Origin: Pseudarthrobacter oxydans | GTDB lineage: Bacteria; Actinomycetota; Actinomycetes; Actinomycetales; Micrococcaceae | DNA: 32,000 bases | Assembly: GCF_030812335.1 (NCBI RefSeq) | Contig: NZ_JAUSSN010000005.1 | Location: forward strand, 189,547 to 221,546 | Reading direction: 5' to 3' | In this document: positions 1-9,179 of the stretch, piece after piece | Layout: the number at the start of each line of letters is the position of its first letter | Numbering within the stretch: the first letter of the stretch is position 1 | The notes under the pieces: model-generated | Databases searched by the model: none | What the model was told of the DNA's origin: nothing | The model's input: only the letters and a program-made list of their open reading frames with translations | Translations under genes and position numbers: made by a program

Positions 1-901
1 TCTTCGTGCCCTGGAACGCCGCCAGGGCGCGCAGGGTGCCGGCGGCGAGCCCGGGATCGAGCGGCAGGAGCAGCCGGGCAGCCCAGAGTGAATCACGTCC
101 GAACAGGGTGAAGTACCAGGGCGCCCCGGCGGCGGCGAACGGCGCGTCCGGCAGGGCGCGGGTGGCCAGGCGGAGGCCGGCGAGCTCGTCGAGCGCGTTG
201 TCCAGCAGCAGGCCCAGGGCGCCGGACGGTTCGGCGCGGACCCGGCGCGAGGCGGGCGGCGGGGCTGCCACCACGGCGTCCTCGCTGTCGGCCAGGACGG
301 CCTGCCATTCCACCTCGAACGGGCGGCCGCGGCCTGCCTTGCCGCGCCAGAGGAGCCGTTCGCCGGACGCGACGCTGCCGGGGGCGGCGACGGTCAGGGT
401 CCGGGCGCCGTCGCGCCAGCGCAGCGTGGAATCGTCGGCGGCGAACGGCTCGGAGGGCTCCCGGAAGCGGCTGAGCCGGATGGCGGCCATGTCGGTGAAG
501 TCCGCGGCGAGCTGGATCTCAATTTCCACGTCGAGCGCCTCGAGGGAGGTGCTCAGCTGCAGGGAGTGCCGGACGACGCCGGGCGTGACCGTCCAGGTCT
601 GGAGAAGTTCGACGGCGGGGTCCTCGGTGGGTCCCGGGATGCCGCGGACCAGCCCCCGCACGCGCATTACACCGCCGGCCTCGGCCTCCACCGTGGCGGG
701 CTCCGGCTCCAGGCCGTTCACCCGCACCTCGGCCCGGGACAGCATCCGGGTGTCCCCGTGCAGCAGGCCGGTGAACCAGCCGCCGCCGGCGGCGTCGGCG
801 GAGCCGTGGCCGCTGGCGAGCCGCCCCTCGGCGTCGAGCCACAACTGGGTGGGGGCGGCAACGGAGCAGTGCTGGCGGTGGAGCGCTGGCTGAACAGTCA
901 T
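1..901 (-). CDS. Glycogen-debranching-type enzyme (GDE N-terminal domain plus entry into the amylo-alpha-1,6-glucosidase domain). Only the 5' part is present; the gene runs off the left edge.
   Basis: Not in the ORF track because it is open at the window edge. Hand translation of the minus strand from ATG 901-899 gives MTVQPALHRQHCSVAAPTQLWLDAEGRLASG...WFTGLLHGDTRMLSRAEVRVNG...APWYFTLFGRDSLWAARLLLP. The WYxxxFGRDxL motif is typical of GDE_C-family proteins. The + strand ORFs 6..893 and 566..1699 are Arg/Ser/Ala-rich artefacts. Confidence 0.7.
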   Translation of the reverse strand, partial: MTVQPALHRQHCSVAAPTQLWLDAEGRLASGHGSADAAGGGWFTGLLHGDTRMLSRAEVRVNGLEPEPATVEAEAGGVMRVRGLVRGIPGPTEDPAVELLQTWTVTPGVVRHSLQLSTSLEALDVEIEIQLAADFTDMAAIRLSRFREPSEPFAADDSTLRWRDGARTLTVAAPGSVASGERLLWRGKAGRGRPFEVEWQAVLADSEDAVVAAPPPASRRVRAEPSGALGLLLDNALDELAGLRLATRALPDAPFAAAGAPWYFTLFGRDSLWAARLLLPLDPGLAAGTLRALAAFQGTK

Positions 902-923
902 GCGCCCCACCCTATGCCGGGAG

Positions 924-948
924 CCGGACCGGCTCAACGACGGTCCGG
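924..948 (-). terminator. GC hairpin after the Fe(3+) ABC operon (candidate terminator)
   Basis: CCGGACCG (924-931), 9 nt, CGGTCCGG (941-948): a perfect 8-bp inverted repeat about 10 nt beyond the ATPase stop codon (959-961). There is no clear U-tract. The hairpin also lies in the 5' region of the debranching-enzyme gene. Confidence 0.3.
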
Positions 949-958
949 CCCGCGGCGG

Positions 959-2134
959 CTAAGCCGGGGGCAGGTCCTCCATCGGGAAGGCCACCGCTTC
1001 GCCGACGACACGGAGGCACAGTTCCGTGCCCGGGCGGGCGATCGAGGCGTTCCAGTGCCGGATGGTGATGATTTCTCCGCCGCCGGGGTAGCGGTGGTCC
1101 GCCACGGCTCCTTCGGCGAGGACGGGAGGGACGGCGAGCTTGAGCCGCACGGTGGTTTCGGGCCCGAAGTAATCGGTGTCCACCACAACGCCGCGGATGG
1201 GCCCGTCCTCGGCGATCCGGATCTGTTCCGGCCGCAGCATGAGCTGGACCCGCCCCTGCGCCGGGGGCCGGCGCACCGGGATGCCGCCCAGGGAACAGGT
1301 GGCGAGGGAGCCTTCCATCCAGGCGTCGAGGATGACGGCGTCGCCCAGGAATTCCGCGGTGGCGCGGTCCGCGGGGCGCGTGTAGACGATGAACGGGTTG
1401 CCGATCTGCGCGAGCCGTCCGCCGCGCATCACCGCGACCTGGTCCGCAAACGACAGCGCCTCGCCCTGGTCATGGGTGACCAGGATGGTGGTGACACCGG
1501 CGTCCTGGAGCACCTTGCCCACCGCGCGGCGGGTCGCCACTCGCAGGCCCGCGTCCAGGGCGGAGAACGGCTCGTCCAGCAGCATCAGCTCCGGCTCGCG
1601 GGCAAGGGCGCGGGCCAGGGCCACCCGCTGCTGCTGCCCGCCGGAGAGCTCGTGCGGGCGCCGCTTGGCCATGGCGGCGTCCAGGGAGACCATCTCTAGC
1701 AGCTCTGCGACGCGGGCCTTCACGCCGCGGTGCCCGCCGGGGAGCTTGCCGGCGTCGAGGCCGAAGGAGATGTTCTGCCCGACGCTCAGGTGCGGGAACA
1801 GCGCGCCGTCCTGCGCCACATAACCCACGTGGCGCTTGTGCGCGGGCACCCAGACGCCGTCGCCGGCCACCTTGGCGCCGTTGAGCAGGATGCTGCCGGT
1901 GTCCGGGTGCTCAAACCCGGCGATCAGCCGCAGCAGCGTGGTCTTGCCGGAGCCGGAGGGCCCCACGATCGCCGTTGTGCCGCCCTTGGCCACCGACAGG
2001 TTGACTCCCATGAGGACGGCCTGCGAGCCGAAGTTCTTGGTGACGGCGTCGATTTCCAGGTGGTTGTTGGTGCTGGTGGCCACGGAGGCGGCGACCCGCG
2101 GTTGCGGGAGCCGGGAAGGGCTGTACTGGGTCAC
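959..2134 (-). CDS. Fe(3+)/polyamine-class ABC transporter ATP-binding protein (FbpC-like)
   Basis: 391 aa. Walker A GPSGSGKTT, signature LSGGQQQRVALARAL, Walker B LMLLDEPFSALD, and a C-terminal TOBE-like regulatory domain. The GTG start at 2134 overlaps the permease TGA (GTGA). Confidence 0.9.
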   Translation of the reverse strand: MTQYSPSRLPQPRVAASVATSTNNHLEIDAVTKNFGSQAVLMGVNLSVAKGGTTAIVGPSGSGKTTLLRLIAGFEHPDTGSILLNGAKVAGDGVWVPAHKRHVGYVAQDGALFPHLSVGQNISFGLDAGKLPGGHRGVKARVAELLEMVSLDAAMAKRRPHELSGGQQQRVALARALAREPELMLLDEPFSALDAGLRVATRRAVGKVLQDAGVTTILVTHDQGEALSFADQVAVMRGGRLAQIGNPFIVYTRPADRATAEFLGDAVILDAWMEGSLATCSLGGIPVRRPPAQGRVQLMLRPEQIRIAEDGPIRGVVVDTDYFGPETTVRLKLAVPPVLAEGAVADHRYPGGGEIITIRHWNASIARPGTELCLRVVGEAVAFPMEDLPPA

Positions 2135-3723
2135 TGTCCCGCTGCTTTCTTGGACTGCTGGAAGAGGAGGTAGGTCATCGGCGCCGAAATCAGGATCATC
2201 AGCAGGGCGTACGGCGCGGCGCCGGCGTAGTCGATTTCGCTGCTTTTGCTCCAGAATTCGGTGGCGAGCGTCCGGGTGCCGTTGGGGGAGAGCAGCAGCG
2301 TCGCGGTCAGTTCGTTCACGATTGCCAGGAACACCAGCGCGGCGCCGCCCGCGGCGGCCGGGGCGGTGAGCCGCAGCGTGACCCGGAGGAAGGCCAGCAG
2401 CGGCGGCTTGCCGAGCGCCTGGGCGGCCTCGTCTAGCTCCTTCGGTGCCTGGGACAGGCCGGAACGGAGGTTGACCAGGGCGCGCGGCAGGAACAGCAGC
2501 ACGTAGGCCGCGATCAGCAGCGCCGAGGTCTGGTAGAGGCTGGGTGCCGCCTTGATGCTGACCGTCACGAAGGCCAGGCCCACCACGATGCCGGGCATGG
2601 AGCTTGTGATGTAGTTGGACAGCTCCAGGGCCTTGCTGAACCAGCTGGGGTGCCGCACGGCCAGGTACGCCATCGGGAACGCCACGACGGTGGTGGCCAG
2701 GGCGCCGGCGAGGCCGTACATCAGGGTCTGCAGCAGGGCCGGCAGGAACTCGTCGGCGGCCCAGATGTCCGGGCCGCCGGCGATGATCCAGCGCAGCACG
2801 AATGTCAGCGGCAGACCGAAGGCCAGCGCGGTGAGCGCGGTGAGGAACAGCTGGGCCGGGAGCTGGTAGGCGTGCAGCGGAAGGCGCAGGGCGCGGGCCT
2901 GGGCGCCGGAGCCGATCTTGGCGTAGCGGGCGCTGCCGCGGCTGCGTACTTCAACCAGCAGCAGGATCAGGCACAGGAACACCAGCACGCTGGCGAGCAT
3001 GTTCCCGGCGGTGCCGTTGAAGGTGGACTGGTACTGCACCATGATCGCGGTGGTGAAGGTGTCGAACCGGATCATCGCGAAGGCGCCGTATTCGGCCAGC
3101 AGGTGCAGGGAGACGAGCAGCGCCCCGCCGGTCATCGCGATGCGCAGCTGCGGCAGCACCACCCGGAAGAAGGTGCGCCACGCGCCGAGGCCCAGGGACG
3201 CGGCGGATTGTTCGATGGCCGGGTCCAGCCGGCTGAGCGTGGCGGCGGCCGGGATGTAGACGAGCGGGAAATAGGACAGCGTGGCGATCAGCACGCCGGA
3301 CCACAGGCCCTCGAGCGACGGGACCGCGGAGACCCAGGCGTAACTGTTGACGAAGGCGGGGATGGCCAGCGGGGCCGCGAGCAGCACGGCCCACCATTTG
3401 TGCCCCCTGAGCTGGGTGCGTTCCACGAGCCAGGCGCCGCCGACGCCGAGGACCAGGCACAGCGGCACGGTGACCAGCATCAGCAGCACGGTGTTGAGCA
3501 GCAGCTCACCGACGCGGGCCCGGAAGATCAGGTCCACGGCGGTGTCCCAGCCGGTGGCGGCCGTCATGACGATGACGTAGCCCAGCGGAATCAGCGCGAA
3601 CAGGGCGATCAGCACGGCCAGCACGGAAACAATGGAAACGCCGAAAGGCGGGCGGGGTCGCTTGCCCCTGCCCGCCGTCGTCGTGCCCCCGGATGTTCCG
3701 GGAGCCGCCAGCTTGGTTGTCAC
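2131..3723 (-). CDS. Fe(3+) ABC transporter permease, duplicated two-module type (FbpB-like)
   Basis: 530 aa, strongly hydrophobic with about 12 predicted TM segments, the size typical of fused double permeases of iron(III) importers. It sits between the SBP and ATPase genes. The start (GTG 3723) lacks a good SD, so it is approximate. Confidence 0.88.
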   Translation of the reverse strand: MTTKLAAPGTSGGTTTAGRGKRPRPPFGVSIVSVLAVLIALFALIPLGYVIVMTAATGWDTAVDLIFRARVGELLLNTVLLMLVTVPLCLVLGVGGAWLVERTQLRGHKWWAVLLAAPLAIPAFVNSYAWVSAVPSLEGLWSGVLIATLSYFPLVYIPAAATLSRLDPAIEQSAASLGLGAWRTFFRVVLPQLRIAMTGGALLVSLHLLAEYGAFAMIRFDTFTTAIMVQYQSTFNGTAGNMLASVLVFLCLILLLVEVRSRGSARYAKIGSGAQARALRLPLHAYQLPAQLFLTALTALAFGLPLTFVLRWIIAGGPDIWAADEFLPALLQTLMYGLAGALATTVVAFPMAYLAVRHPSWFSKALELSNYITSSMPGIVVGLAFVTVSIKAAPSLYQTSALLIAAYVLLFLPRALVNLRSGLSQAPKELDEAAQALGKPPLLAFLRVTLRLTAPAAAGGAALVFLAIVNELTATLLLSPNGTRTLATEFWSKSSEIDYAGAAPYALLMILISAPMTYLLFQQSKKAAGQ

Positions 3724-3727
3724 GTGG

Positions 3728-4783
3728 TTAGAGCAGTCCTGCCTTGGTCATCAGCTCGGAGACCTTGGCGGAGTTCAGCTTGGCCGGGTCCACCGTCGGT
3801 GCCTGCAGTTCCGCCAGCGGGACGAGCTTTTCGTTGGCCGGGACGTCGGAGGCGATGGCGTACTCGAAGGAGGTGCCCTTCTGCAGGACTTCCTGGCCCT
3901 TCTTGCCGGTGATGAACTTGACGAAGGCCTGGGCCGCCGCCGCGTTCTTCGAGGAATTCAGCACGCCGCCGCCGGAGACGGACACGAAGGCGCCCGGGTC
4001 CTGGTTCTTGAAGTAGTACGGGGTGACGTTCTTGGAGTTCTCGCCGGTCTTGGCCTGGTCGCCGTAGTAGTAGTAGTGGTAGATCAGGGCGGCGTCGACC
4101 TCACCGGCGTTGACCGCCTTCATGGCCGTGCTGTTGCCCTTGTAGGGCTTGGAGTTCGCCTTCATGCCCTGGAGCCATTCCTCGGTGGCGGCTTCGCCCT
4201 TGAGTTCCAGCAGGGCGGAGACGATCGCCTGGAAGTCGGCACCGGACGGCGAGGCCGCCCACTTGCCCTGCCACTCCGGCTTGGCCAGGTCCAGCATGGA
4301 CGTGGGCAGCTGGTCTTCGGTCAGCTTGGCCTTGTCGTACACCAGCACGGTGGAGCGGGCCGCGATGCCGGTCCATTTATTGGTGGAGGGACGGAACTCG
4401 GCAGGCACCTGATCAATGGTGGCCTGGTCGACGTCGGCGAAGAGGCCGGCGTTTTCCACCTGGGCCATGGCCGGGGAGTTTTCGGTGAGGAAGACATCGG
4501 CCGGGGAGGCCTGGCCTTCCTGGATGATCTGGTTGGACATCTCGGTGTCCGAGCCCTGCCGCATGGTGACCTTGACGCCGGTTTCCGCGGTGAACGCGTC
4601 CACCCATTCCTTGGTCAGGGACTCGTGCTGGGCGTTGTAGACCGTGATCTCACCGGAGATATTCCCGTCAGCGGCGGCGCTGCTGCTGGGGGCGGTGGCG
4701 GCGCCGGAGCCGCAGGCGGCCAGGCCGAGAGTGGCGGTGGCGGCAAGTGCGATACCTGCCAGCGCGTTCTTGCGGATCTTCAT
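3728..4783 (-). CDS. Fe(3+) ABC transporter substrate-binding lipoprotein (FbpA/AfuA/FutA-like)
   Basis: 351 aa. Signal peptide plus lipobox MKIRKNALAGIALAATATLGLAAC-GSG. The mature part (ITVYNAQHESLTKEWVDAFTAETGVKVTMRQGSD...FLTENSPAM) resembles iron(III)-binding SBPs. Confidence 0.88.
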   Translation of the reverse strand: MKIRKNALAGIALAATATLGLAACGSGAATAPSSSAAADGNISGEITVYNAQHESLTKEWVDAFTAETGVKVTMRQGSDTEMSNQIIQEGQASPADVFLTENSPAMAQVENAGLFADVDQATIDQVPAEFRPSTNKWTGIAARSTVLVYDKAKLTEDQLPTSMLDLAKPEWQGKWAASPSGADFQAIVSALLELKGEAATEEWLQGMKANSKPYKGNSTAMKAVNAGEVDAALIYHYYYYGDQAKTGENSKNVTPYYFKNQDPGAFVSVSGGGVLNSSKNAAAAQAFVKFITGKKGQEVLQKGTSFEYAIASDVPANEKLVPLAELQAPTVDPAKLNSAKVSELMTKAGLL

Positions 4784-4866
4784 GGGGCTGCTTTCTGGAG
4801 GAAGGTCGTAGGAGCCCTAGCCCCCTGTGAGCGGGGGAAGTTAGGGCATGCTCACTACGAAAAACT

Positions 4867-4885
4867 GTAGGTTAGCCAAACCTAA
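4867..4885. promoter_or_regulatory. IdeR/DtxR-type iron box upstream of the Fe(3+) ABC operon
   Basis: The minus strand reads TTAGGTTTGGCTAACCTAC, 17/19 identical to the 19-bp IdeR/DtxR consensus TTAGGTTAGGCTAACCTAA. It lies 83 nt upstream of the SBP ATG (4783). Confidence 0.65.
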
Positions 4886-4948
4886 GCAACCAAGCCGAGG
4901 GCTCGTTAAGTGATGAGGATCACATCAATTACGAAACTATGGCGTGAC

Positions 4949-6136
4949 TTAATTCGCGGCGGCGATGGCGGCGGCCGCTTCCAGTACCATCCAGGCCTGC
5001 AGCTGGGTGGAGAGTTCGACGGCGGCGCCGGCCGGGTACGCGTCCCGCGCCGGCAGTTCGGGGCGGGCGGAGAACACGATCCGGCCGCCGTGGCGGGCGA
5101 GTGGGTCACCGGCCGGCAGCAGGTGGCGGCCCTCCCAGAAGGCGTCGGCCGTGTCGGTGACGAGCGCCGCGGCCGTCGCGCGGGTCGCGGCCGGGAGCCG
5201 CTGGTCGACCGCGGCGAGGGCCAGATACCGGGCGAGGATGCCGGTGAACAGGCCGCCGTCGCCGGCGCCCTCGCAGCGCAGCACCGCGGCGCTGCGCCCC
5301 GCCAGGGGTGCGGGGAGGGTGAGGCTGCGTGCCACCGACGCCACGAGGGAGGCGGCGCGGGCCAGGTTGGCTGCGCCGCCGAGCTCCAGCAGTGCGCCCA
5401 GGACCGGGCCCTGGTTGTAGGTGTAGATGGCGCTTTCCAGCACCACGTCGCCGCCGGGGGCAATCCGCAGGCCGTCCCGGTACAGGCCCTGTTCGGGGTC
5501 GAAAAGCCGGGCGTCCAGCCAGTCCAGCAGGGCCTGCGCCCTGGCCGCCTCGCCGGTGCGCGCGTAATAGAGGGCCACGGGCGCCGTGGCCGGGGTGTTC
5601 TTGAAATCCCGTTTCTTGCTCCAGAAGGTGCCGCCCCCGAGGTCGTCCGTGGACGCGGAATGGAACTGCAGGGTGAGGCTCTGCAGGACCCTGGCGTTGC
5701 GGCGGCGTCCGGCCTTGGTGCGGCTGTCCCTGGCAAGGTGCTCCAGCCGCAGCGTGGACAGCGCCAGCCAGGCCATGTCGTCGTAGTAGTTGTTGACGAC
5801 GGTGAGGAAGTTGCGGAGCCGGATCCCGGTGACCAGCCGGGAGGCGAGCCGGCCGGCGCTGGGCCGGTCCGCGCCGTCGAACCGTGTCTCGGGCCGCCCG
5901 CCCGTGCCGAGTTCGCGGCGCCCGGTGTCCACCAGGCAGTCCACGTAGTGCGCCTGCCACCAGTAGTGCCAGGGCCGGGCCAGGTTCTTCAGCCGGCCCG
6001 AGGGCCGGACGATCGCGGCGATGTGGGTTCCCGGCAGGAAGAAGAGCCGCTGCCCGAACAACCTGGTCACCGAGCGGGCCGCTTCATTGGCCCGGAAAGA
6101 CCAGTCGGGGGAAGTGGAAATGTCGGCCGGGGTCAT
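4949..6136 (-). CDS. Glycoside hydrolase family 76-like protein (putative alpha-1,6-mannanase fold)
   Basis: 395 aa. Motifs WHYWWQAHYVDCLVD, NNYYDDMAWLALS, FWSKKRDFKNTPATAPVALYYARTGE and IYTYNQGPVLGALLEL match my recollection of actinobacterial GH76 proteins. Confidence 0.7.
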   Translation of the reverse strand: MTPADISTSPDWSFRANEAARSVTRLFGQRLFFLPGTHIAAIVRPSGRLKNLARPWHYWWQAHYVDCLVDTGRRELGTGGRPETRFDGADRPSAGRLASRLVTGIRLRNFLTVVNNYYDDMAWLALSTLRLEHLARDSRTKAGRRRNARVLQSLTLQFHSASTDDLGGGTFWSKKRDFKNTPATAPVALYYARTGEAARAQALLDWLDARLFDPEQGLYRDGLRIAPGGDVVLESAIYTYNQGPVLGALLELGGAANLARAASLVASVARSLTLPAPLAGRSAAVLRCEGAGDGGLFTGILARYLALAAVDQRLPAATRATAAALVTDTADAFWEGRHLLPAGDPLARHGGRIVFSARPELPARDAYPAGAAVELSTQLQAWMVLEAAAAIAAAN

Positions 6137-6275
6137 GGGCCCAGCCTAGTAGCGGCAGGGTGAAGGTGCGGAACGCCCGCATTCCAGTTAACATTCACTA
6201 ACTAATGTTCGCGGTAAATGCGTGACGCTGCCCACAGTGTCGCGGCGGGCTCGGGTTCCACATCAAGGAGGATGC

Positions 6276-7106
6276 ATGGACATCAAAGGTACTGTTGCGC
6301 TGATTACGGGCGGAGCCTCCGGTCTGGGTGCCGCGACGGCGCGTCGCCTGTTCGACGCCGGCGCCTCGGTGGTCCTGGTGGACCTGCCAGGCTCCGCCGG
6401 TGCGGCCTTCGCCGCCGAGCTGAACGCCGGGGGCAACGAGGCTGCGGCCCCCGAATCCGGCAGCCCGACGAGTCCCGGGAACCGGGCGGTTTTCGCTCCC
6501 GCCGACGTCACCAGCGAGGCGGAGATTCAGGCCGCCGTCGACGCCGCCGTCGCCCTCGGTCCGCTGCGGATCGTGGTCAACTGTGCCGGCATCGCCACCC
6601 CCGGGAAGGTGCTGGGCCGGGAGGGCGTGCTGCCGCTGGAGAGTTTCAACCGCGTCATCCAGATCAACCTCGTGGGCACCTTCAACGTCATCCGCCTGGC
6701 GGCGGCCGCAATGGCGGCCACCGAGCCGGCCGTAACCGAGCTCGGCGGGCCGGAGCGCGGCGTCATCATCAACACCGCCTCCGTCGCCGCGTTCGACGGC
6801 CAGATCGGCCAGCCGGCCTACGCCGCCTCCAAGGGCGCGGTGCACGCGATGACACTGCCGATCGCCCGCGAACTGGCGCGCTCGCTGGTCCGGGTGGTCA
6901 CCATCGCGCCGGGCATCTTCGAGACGCCCATGATGGCCGGTCTGCCGCAGGAAGCCCAGGACTCCCTCGGCCAGCAGGTGCCGCACCCGTCCCGGCTGGG
7001 CCGGCCAGCCGAATACGCACACCTCGCCGCGCACATCGTGGAGAACGCCATGCTCAACGGCGAGACCATCCGCCTCGACGGCGCCATCCGGATGGGGCCG
7101 AAATGA
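6276..7106 (+). CDS. SDR-family oxidoreductase, 3-hydroxyacyl-CoA dehydrogenase type-2-like
   Basis: [25 protein letters not shown] (TGxxxGxG), NCAGI, and catalytic YAASKGAV. The preferred start is ATG 6276, preceded by AAGGAGG, not the track start at 6222. Confidence 0.85.
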   Translation: MDIKGTVALITGGASGLGAATARRLFDAGASVVLVDLPGSAGAAFAAELNAGGNEAAAPESGSPTSPGNRAVFAPADVTSEAEIQAAVDAAVALGPLRIVVNCAGIATPGKVLGREGVLPLESFNRVIQINLVGTFNVIRLAAAAMAATEPAVTELGGPERGVIINTASVAAFDGQIGQPAYAASKGAVHAMTLPIARELARSLVRVVTIAPGIFETPMMAGLPQEAQDSLGQQVPHPSRLGRPAEYAHLAAHIVENAMLNGETIRLDGAIRMGPK

Positions 7107-8329
7107 TGCCGGCCGGGATCGCCCCTTCGCCCGCTCCCGCTGAATCCGTCGCGGGGCTGCCGACCGCCGATTTCTTCAACTTCGAGTCGATGCTCAACGC
7201 CGGTGAGCAGGCAAAGCTGGCAGAACTGCGGGTGTTCCTGGCCCGCGAGGTGGCTCCCTTCGCCGCCGCGTGGTGGAACAAGGCCGAGTTCCCCGCGCAC
7301 ATCCTGCCCAAACTCGCGGCCCTGGAGCTCAGTGCCCCGGCCCAGCGCGGTTACAGCAACCTGTTTGCCGGGCTGGTCATCGCCGAGATTACCCGCGTGG
7401 ACACCTCGCTGGCGACGTTCTTCCTGGTTCACCACGACCTCTTCGTCGAATCGCTCTACGGTTTCGGCTCCGAGGAGCAAAAGGAGCGCCTGCTCGAGGA
7501 CGCCGCCAGCCTCCGGACCACCGGCGCGTTCGCGCTGACCGAACCCGAGCATGGCTCCGACGTGGCTGGCGGCATGGAGACCGTCGCCCGGCGTGTGCCC
7601 GGCGGGGCGCCCGACGGCGGCGACAGCTGGGTGCTCAACGGCGCCAAGCGCTGGATCGGCAACGGGACGTTCTGCGACTACATGCTGGTGTGGGCCCGTG
7701 ACGAGGCCGACGGCGGCATCCGCGGCTTCATCGTGGACGCCACCCTGCCGGGGGTGAGCCGGAGCCGGATCGAGAACAAGATCGCGCTGCGCACGGTGCA
7801 GAACGCGGACATAGTCTTCAAGGACGTGCAGGTGGCCGAGTCTGACCGCTTCGCCGGGATCAACAGCTTCGAGGACACCAACGAGCTGCTGCGCGGCTCG
7901 CGGATCATGGTCGCCTGGCAGGGTGTGGGCCAGCAGCTGGCGGCGTTCGACGTCGCCCGGCAGTACGCCGTCGAACGCCGGCAGTTCGGGCGGCCGCTGG
8001 CGAAATTCCAGCTGGTCCAGCAGCAGCTGGTCACGATGCTCGGCAACGCCGTGGCGAGCATGGGCATGATGGTCCGGATCGCGCAGCTGCAGGACCAGGG
8101 CGCCGCGGACATGCCGCAGGTGGCGCTGGCGAAGTCCTATGTAAGCGCGCGGATGCGGGAGACCGTGGGGATGGGCCGGTCCCTGCTGGGCGGCAACGGC
8201 ATCGTCACCGACTACCGGATGGCCAAGATCTTCGCCGACGCCGAGGCGATCTACACCTACGAGGGCTCGTTCGAGATCAACACGCTGATCGTGGGCCGGG
8301 CCGTGACCGGGGTGTCCGCGATCGTCTAG
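7103..8329 (+). CDS. Acyl-CoA dehydrogenase family protein (glutaryl-CoA dehydrogenase-like)
   Basis: 408 aa. ...[14 protein letters not shown]..., KRWIGNG, and C-terminal [24 protein letters not shown] 7103 overlaps the SDR stop (ATGA). Everything upstream in track ORF 6218..8329 is the out-of-frame read-through of the SDR gene. Confidence 0.9.
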   Translation: MMPAGIAPSPAPAESVAGLPTADFFNFESMLNAGEQAKLAELRVFLAREVAPFAAAWWNKAEFPAHILPKLAALELSAPAQRGYSNLFAGLVIAEITRVDTSLATFFLVHHDLFVESLYGFGSEEQKERLLEDAASLRTTGAFALTEPEHGSDVAGGMETVARRVPGGAPDGGDSWVLNGAKRWIGNGTFCDYMLVWARDEADGGIRGFIVDATLPGVSRSRIENKIALRTVQNADIVFKDVQVAESDRFAGINSFEDTNELLRGSRIMVAWQGVGQQLAAFDVARQYAVERRQFGRPLAKFQLVQQQLVTMLGNAVASMGMMVRIAQLQDQGAADMPQVALAKSYVSARMRETVGMGRSLLGGNGIVTDYRMAKIFADAEAIYTYEGSFEINTLIVGRAVTGVSAIV

Positions 8330-8336
8330 ACGAGAT

Positions 8337-9179
8337 CTAGAACAGTGCGGGCTCCTTCTCGCCCGCCTCGATCCGGTAGTCCAGGCTGTTGTTTTTCACC
8401 GGCATGGGGCAGGTGCCGTACGGGGTGAAGGCGCTCGGGTAGTTGATCGCCCGGTTGAAGTCCAGGACCACGGTGCGGTTTCCCTGCGAGTCGACGCGCG
8501 GCCGGGCCGTGGAGACCTTCCGCCACTCGTCGGTTGATTCCCCGTTGGTCTCATCGTGGAAGGTGACGGTCAGCGCGCCGAGCTTTTCCTCTTCGGCCTG
8601 CAGGTGGAACTCGTGGTCCTTGCCGGGGAGCCGGAACACCAATTCGCCGACGGACCGGTGGACCCCGTCGACCAGCGGGTTGGCGGTGCCGATCGGGACC
8701 TCGACCGGCTCCGGATAGGGGTGGAAGGTGGCCTCGACCACCAGGTCCGGCCGGTAGTCAAAGGTGGGAACGCCGTCGAACCCCGTGAACACCGGCGACG
8801 TCGAATCCCGGGTGCGCACCGCGTACTTGTCGGCGCGCCTGGCGAGTTCCACCACGACCTGCCGGCCGTCCGGGCCGCCGTACTGGACCCATAGCAGCGA
8901 TTCCTCATTGGCCAGCGCCGCGCTGAGCGTGCCGTCCACGGGCTCGCCGGTCTCCACCAGGGTCAATCCCTCGGCCGCCGCGGCGGTGAGGAACGCCGTC
9001 GTGCCGTCCGTGGACCAGAGGCCGGGGACGAGTTCGACTTCCGCCGGCCGTTCCTCCAGCCACTGGAAAGAGGTCAGGGTCAGCCAGCCGTACTCGCTGG
9101 CCAGGGCGGTGTTGCGGCTGTTCCGGAAGCGCCGCCAGCGGGCGAGCTGGGCGTCGGGGTCGGGTTGTGTAGTGGTCAC
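8337..9179 (-). CDS. DUF1684 domain-containing protein
   Basis: 280 aa. C-terminal DFNRAINYPSAFTPYGTCPMPVKNNSLDYRIEAGEK matches the DUF1684 signature as I remember it. GTG 9179 overlaps the tetR stop (GTGA), so it is co-transcribed with tetR. Confidence 0.78.
   Translation of the reverse strand: MTTTQPDPDAQLARWRRFRNSRNTALASEYGWLTLTSFQWLEERPAEVELVPGLWSTDGTTAFLTAAAAEGLTLVETGEPVDGTLSAALANEESLLWVQYGGPDGRQVVVELARRADKYAVRTRDSTSPVFTGFDGVPTFDYRPDLVVEATFHPYPEPVEVPIGTANPLVDGVHRSVGELVFRLPGKDHEFHLQAEEEKLGALTVTFHDETNGESTDEWRKVSTARPRVDSQGNRTVVLDFNRAINYPSAFTPYGTCPMPVKNNSLDYRIEAGEKEPALF

Noticed and set aside
6-1699. Plus-strand ORFs 6..893 (295 aa) and 566..1699 (377 aa)
   Set aside because: Their extreme Arg/Ser/Ala/Gly/Pro composition is typical of wrong-frame or antisense reading in high-GC DNA. 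They are fully overlapped by recognisable minus-strand genes: the debranching-type enzyme and the ABC ATPase with intact Walker motifs.
2650-6163. Long plus-strand ORFs 2650..3912, 3632..4870 and 4910..6163, and minus ORFs 4906..5736 and 5106..5960
   Set aside because: They lie antisense or off-frame to the permease, SBP and GH76 genes. They have low-complexity G/R/A/P-rich sequences with no motifs.
8320-8345. Duplicated TCTAGA / CGTCTAGACG palindrome between the convergent acyl-CoA dehydrogenase and DUF1684 genes
   Set aside because: It is simply the two facing stop codons (TAG on each strand) plus a few nucleotides. It is too short to be a terminator or a binding site.
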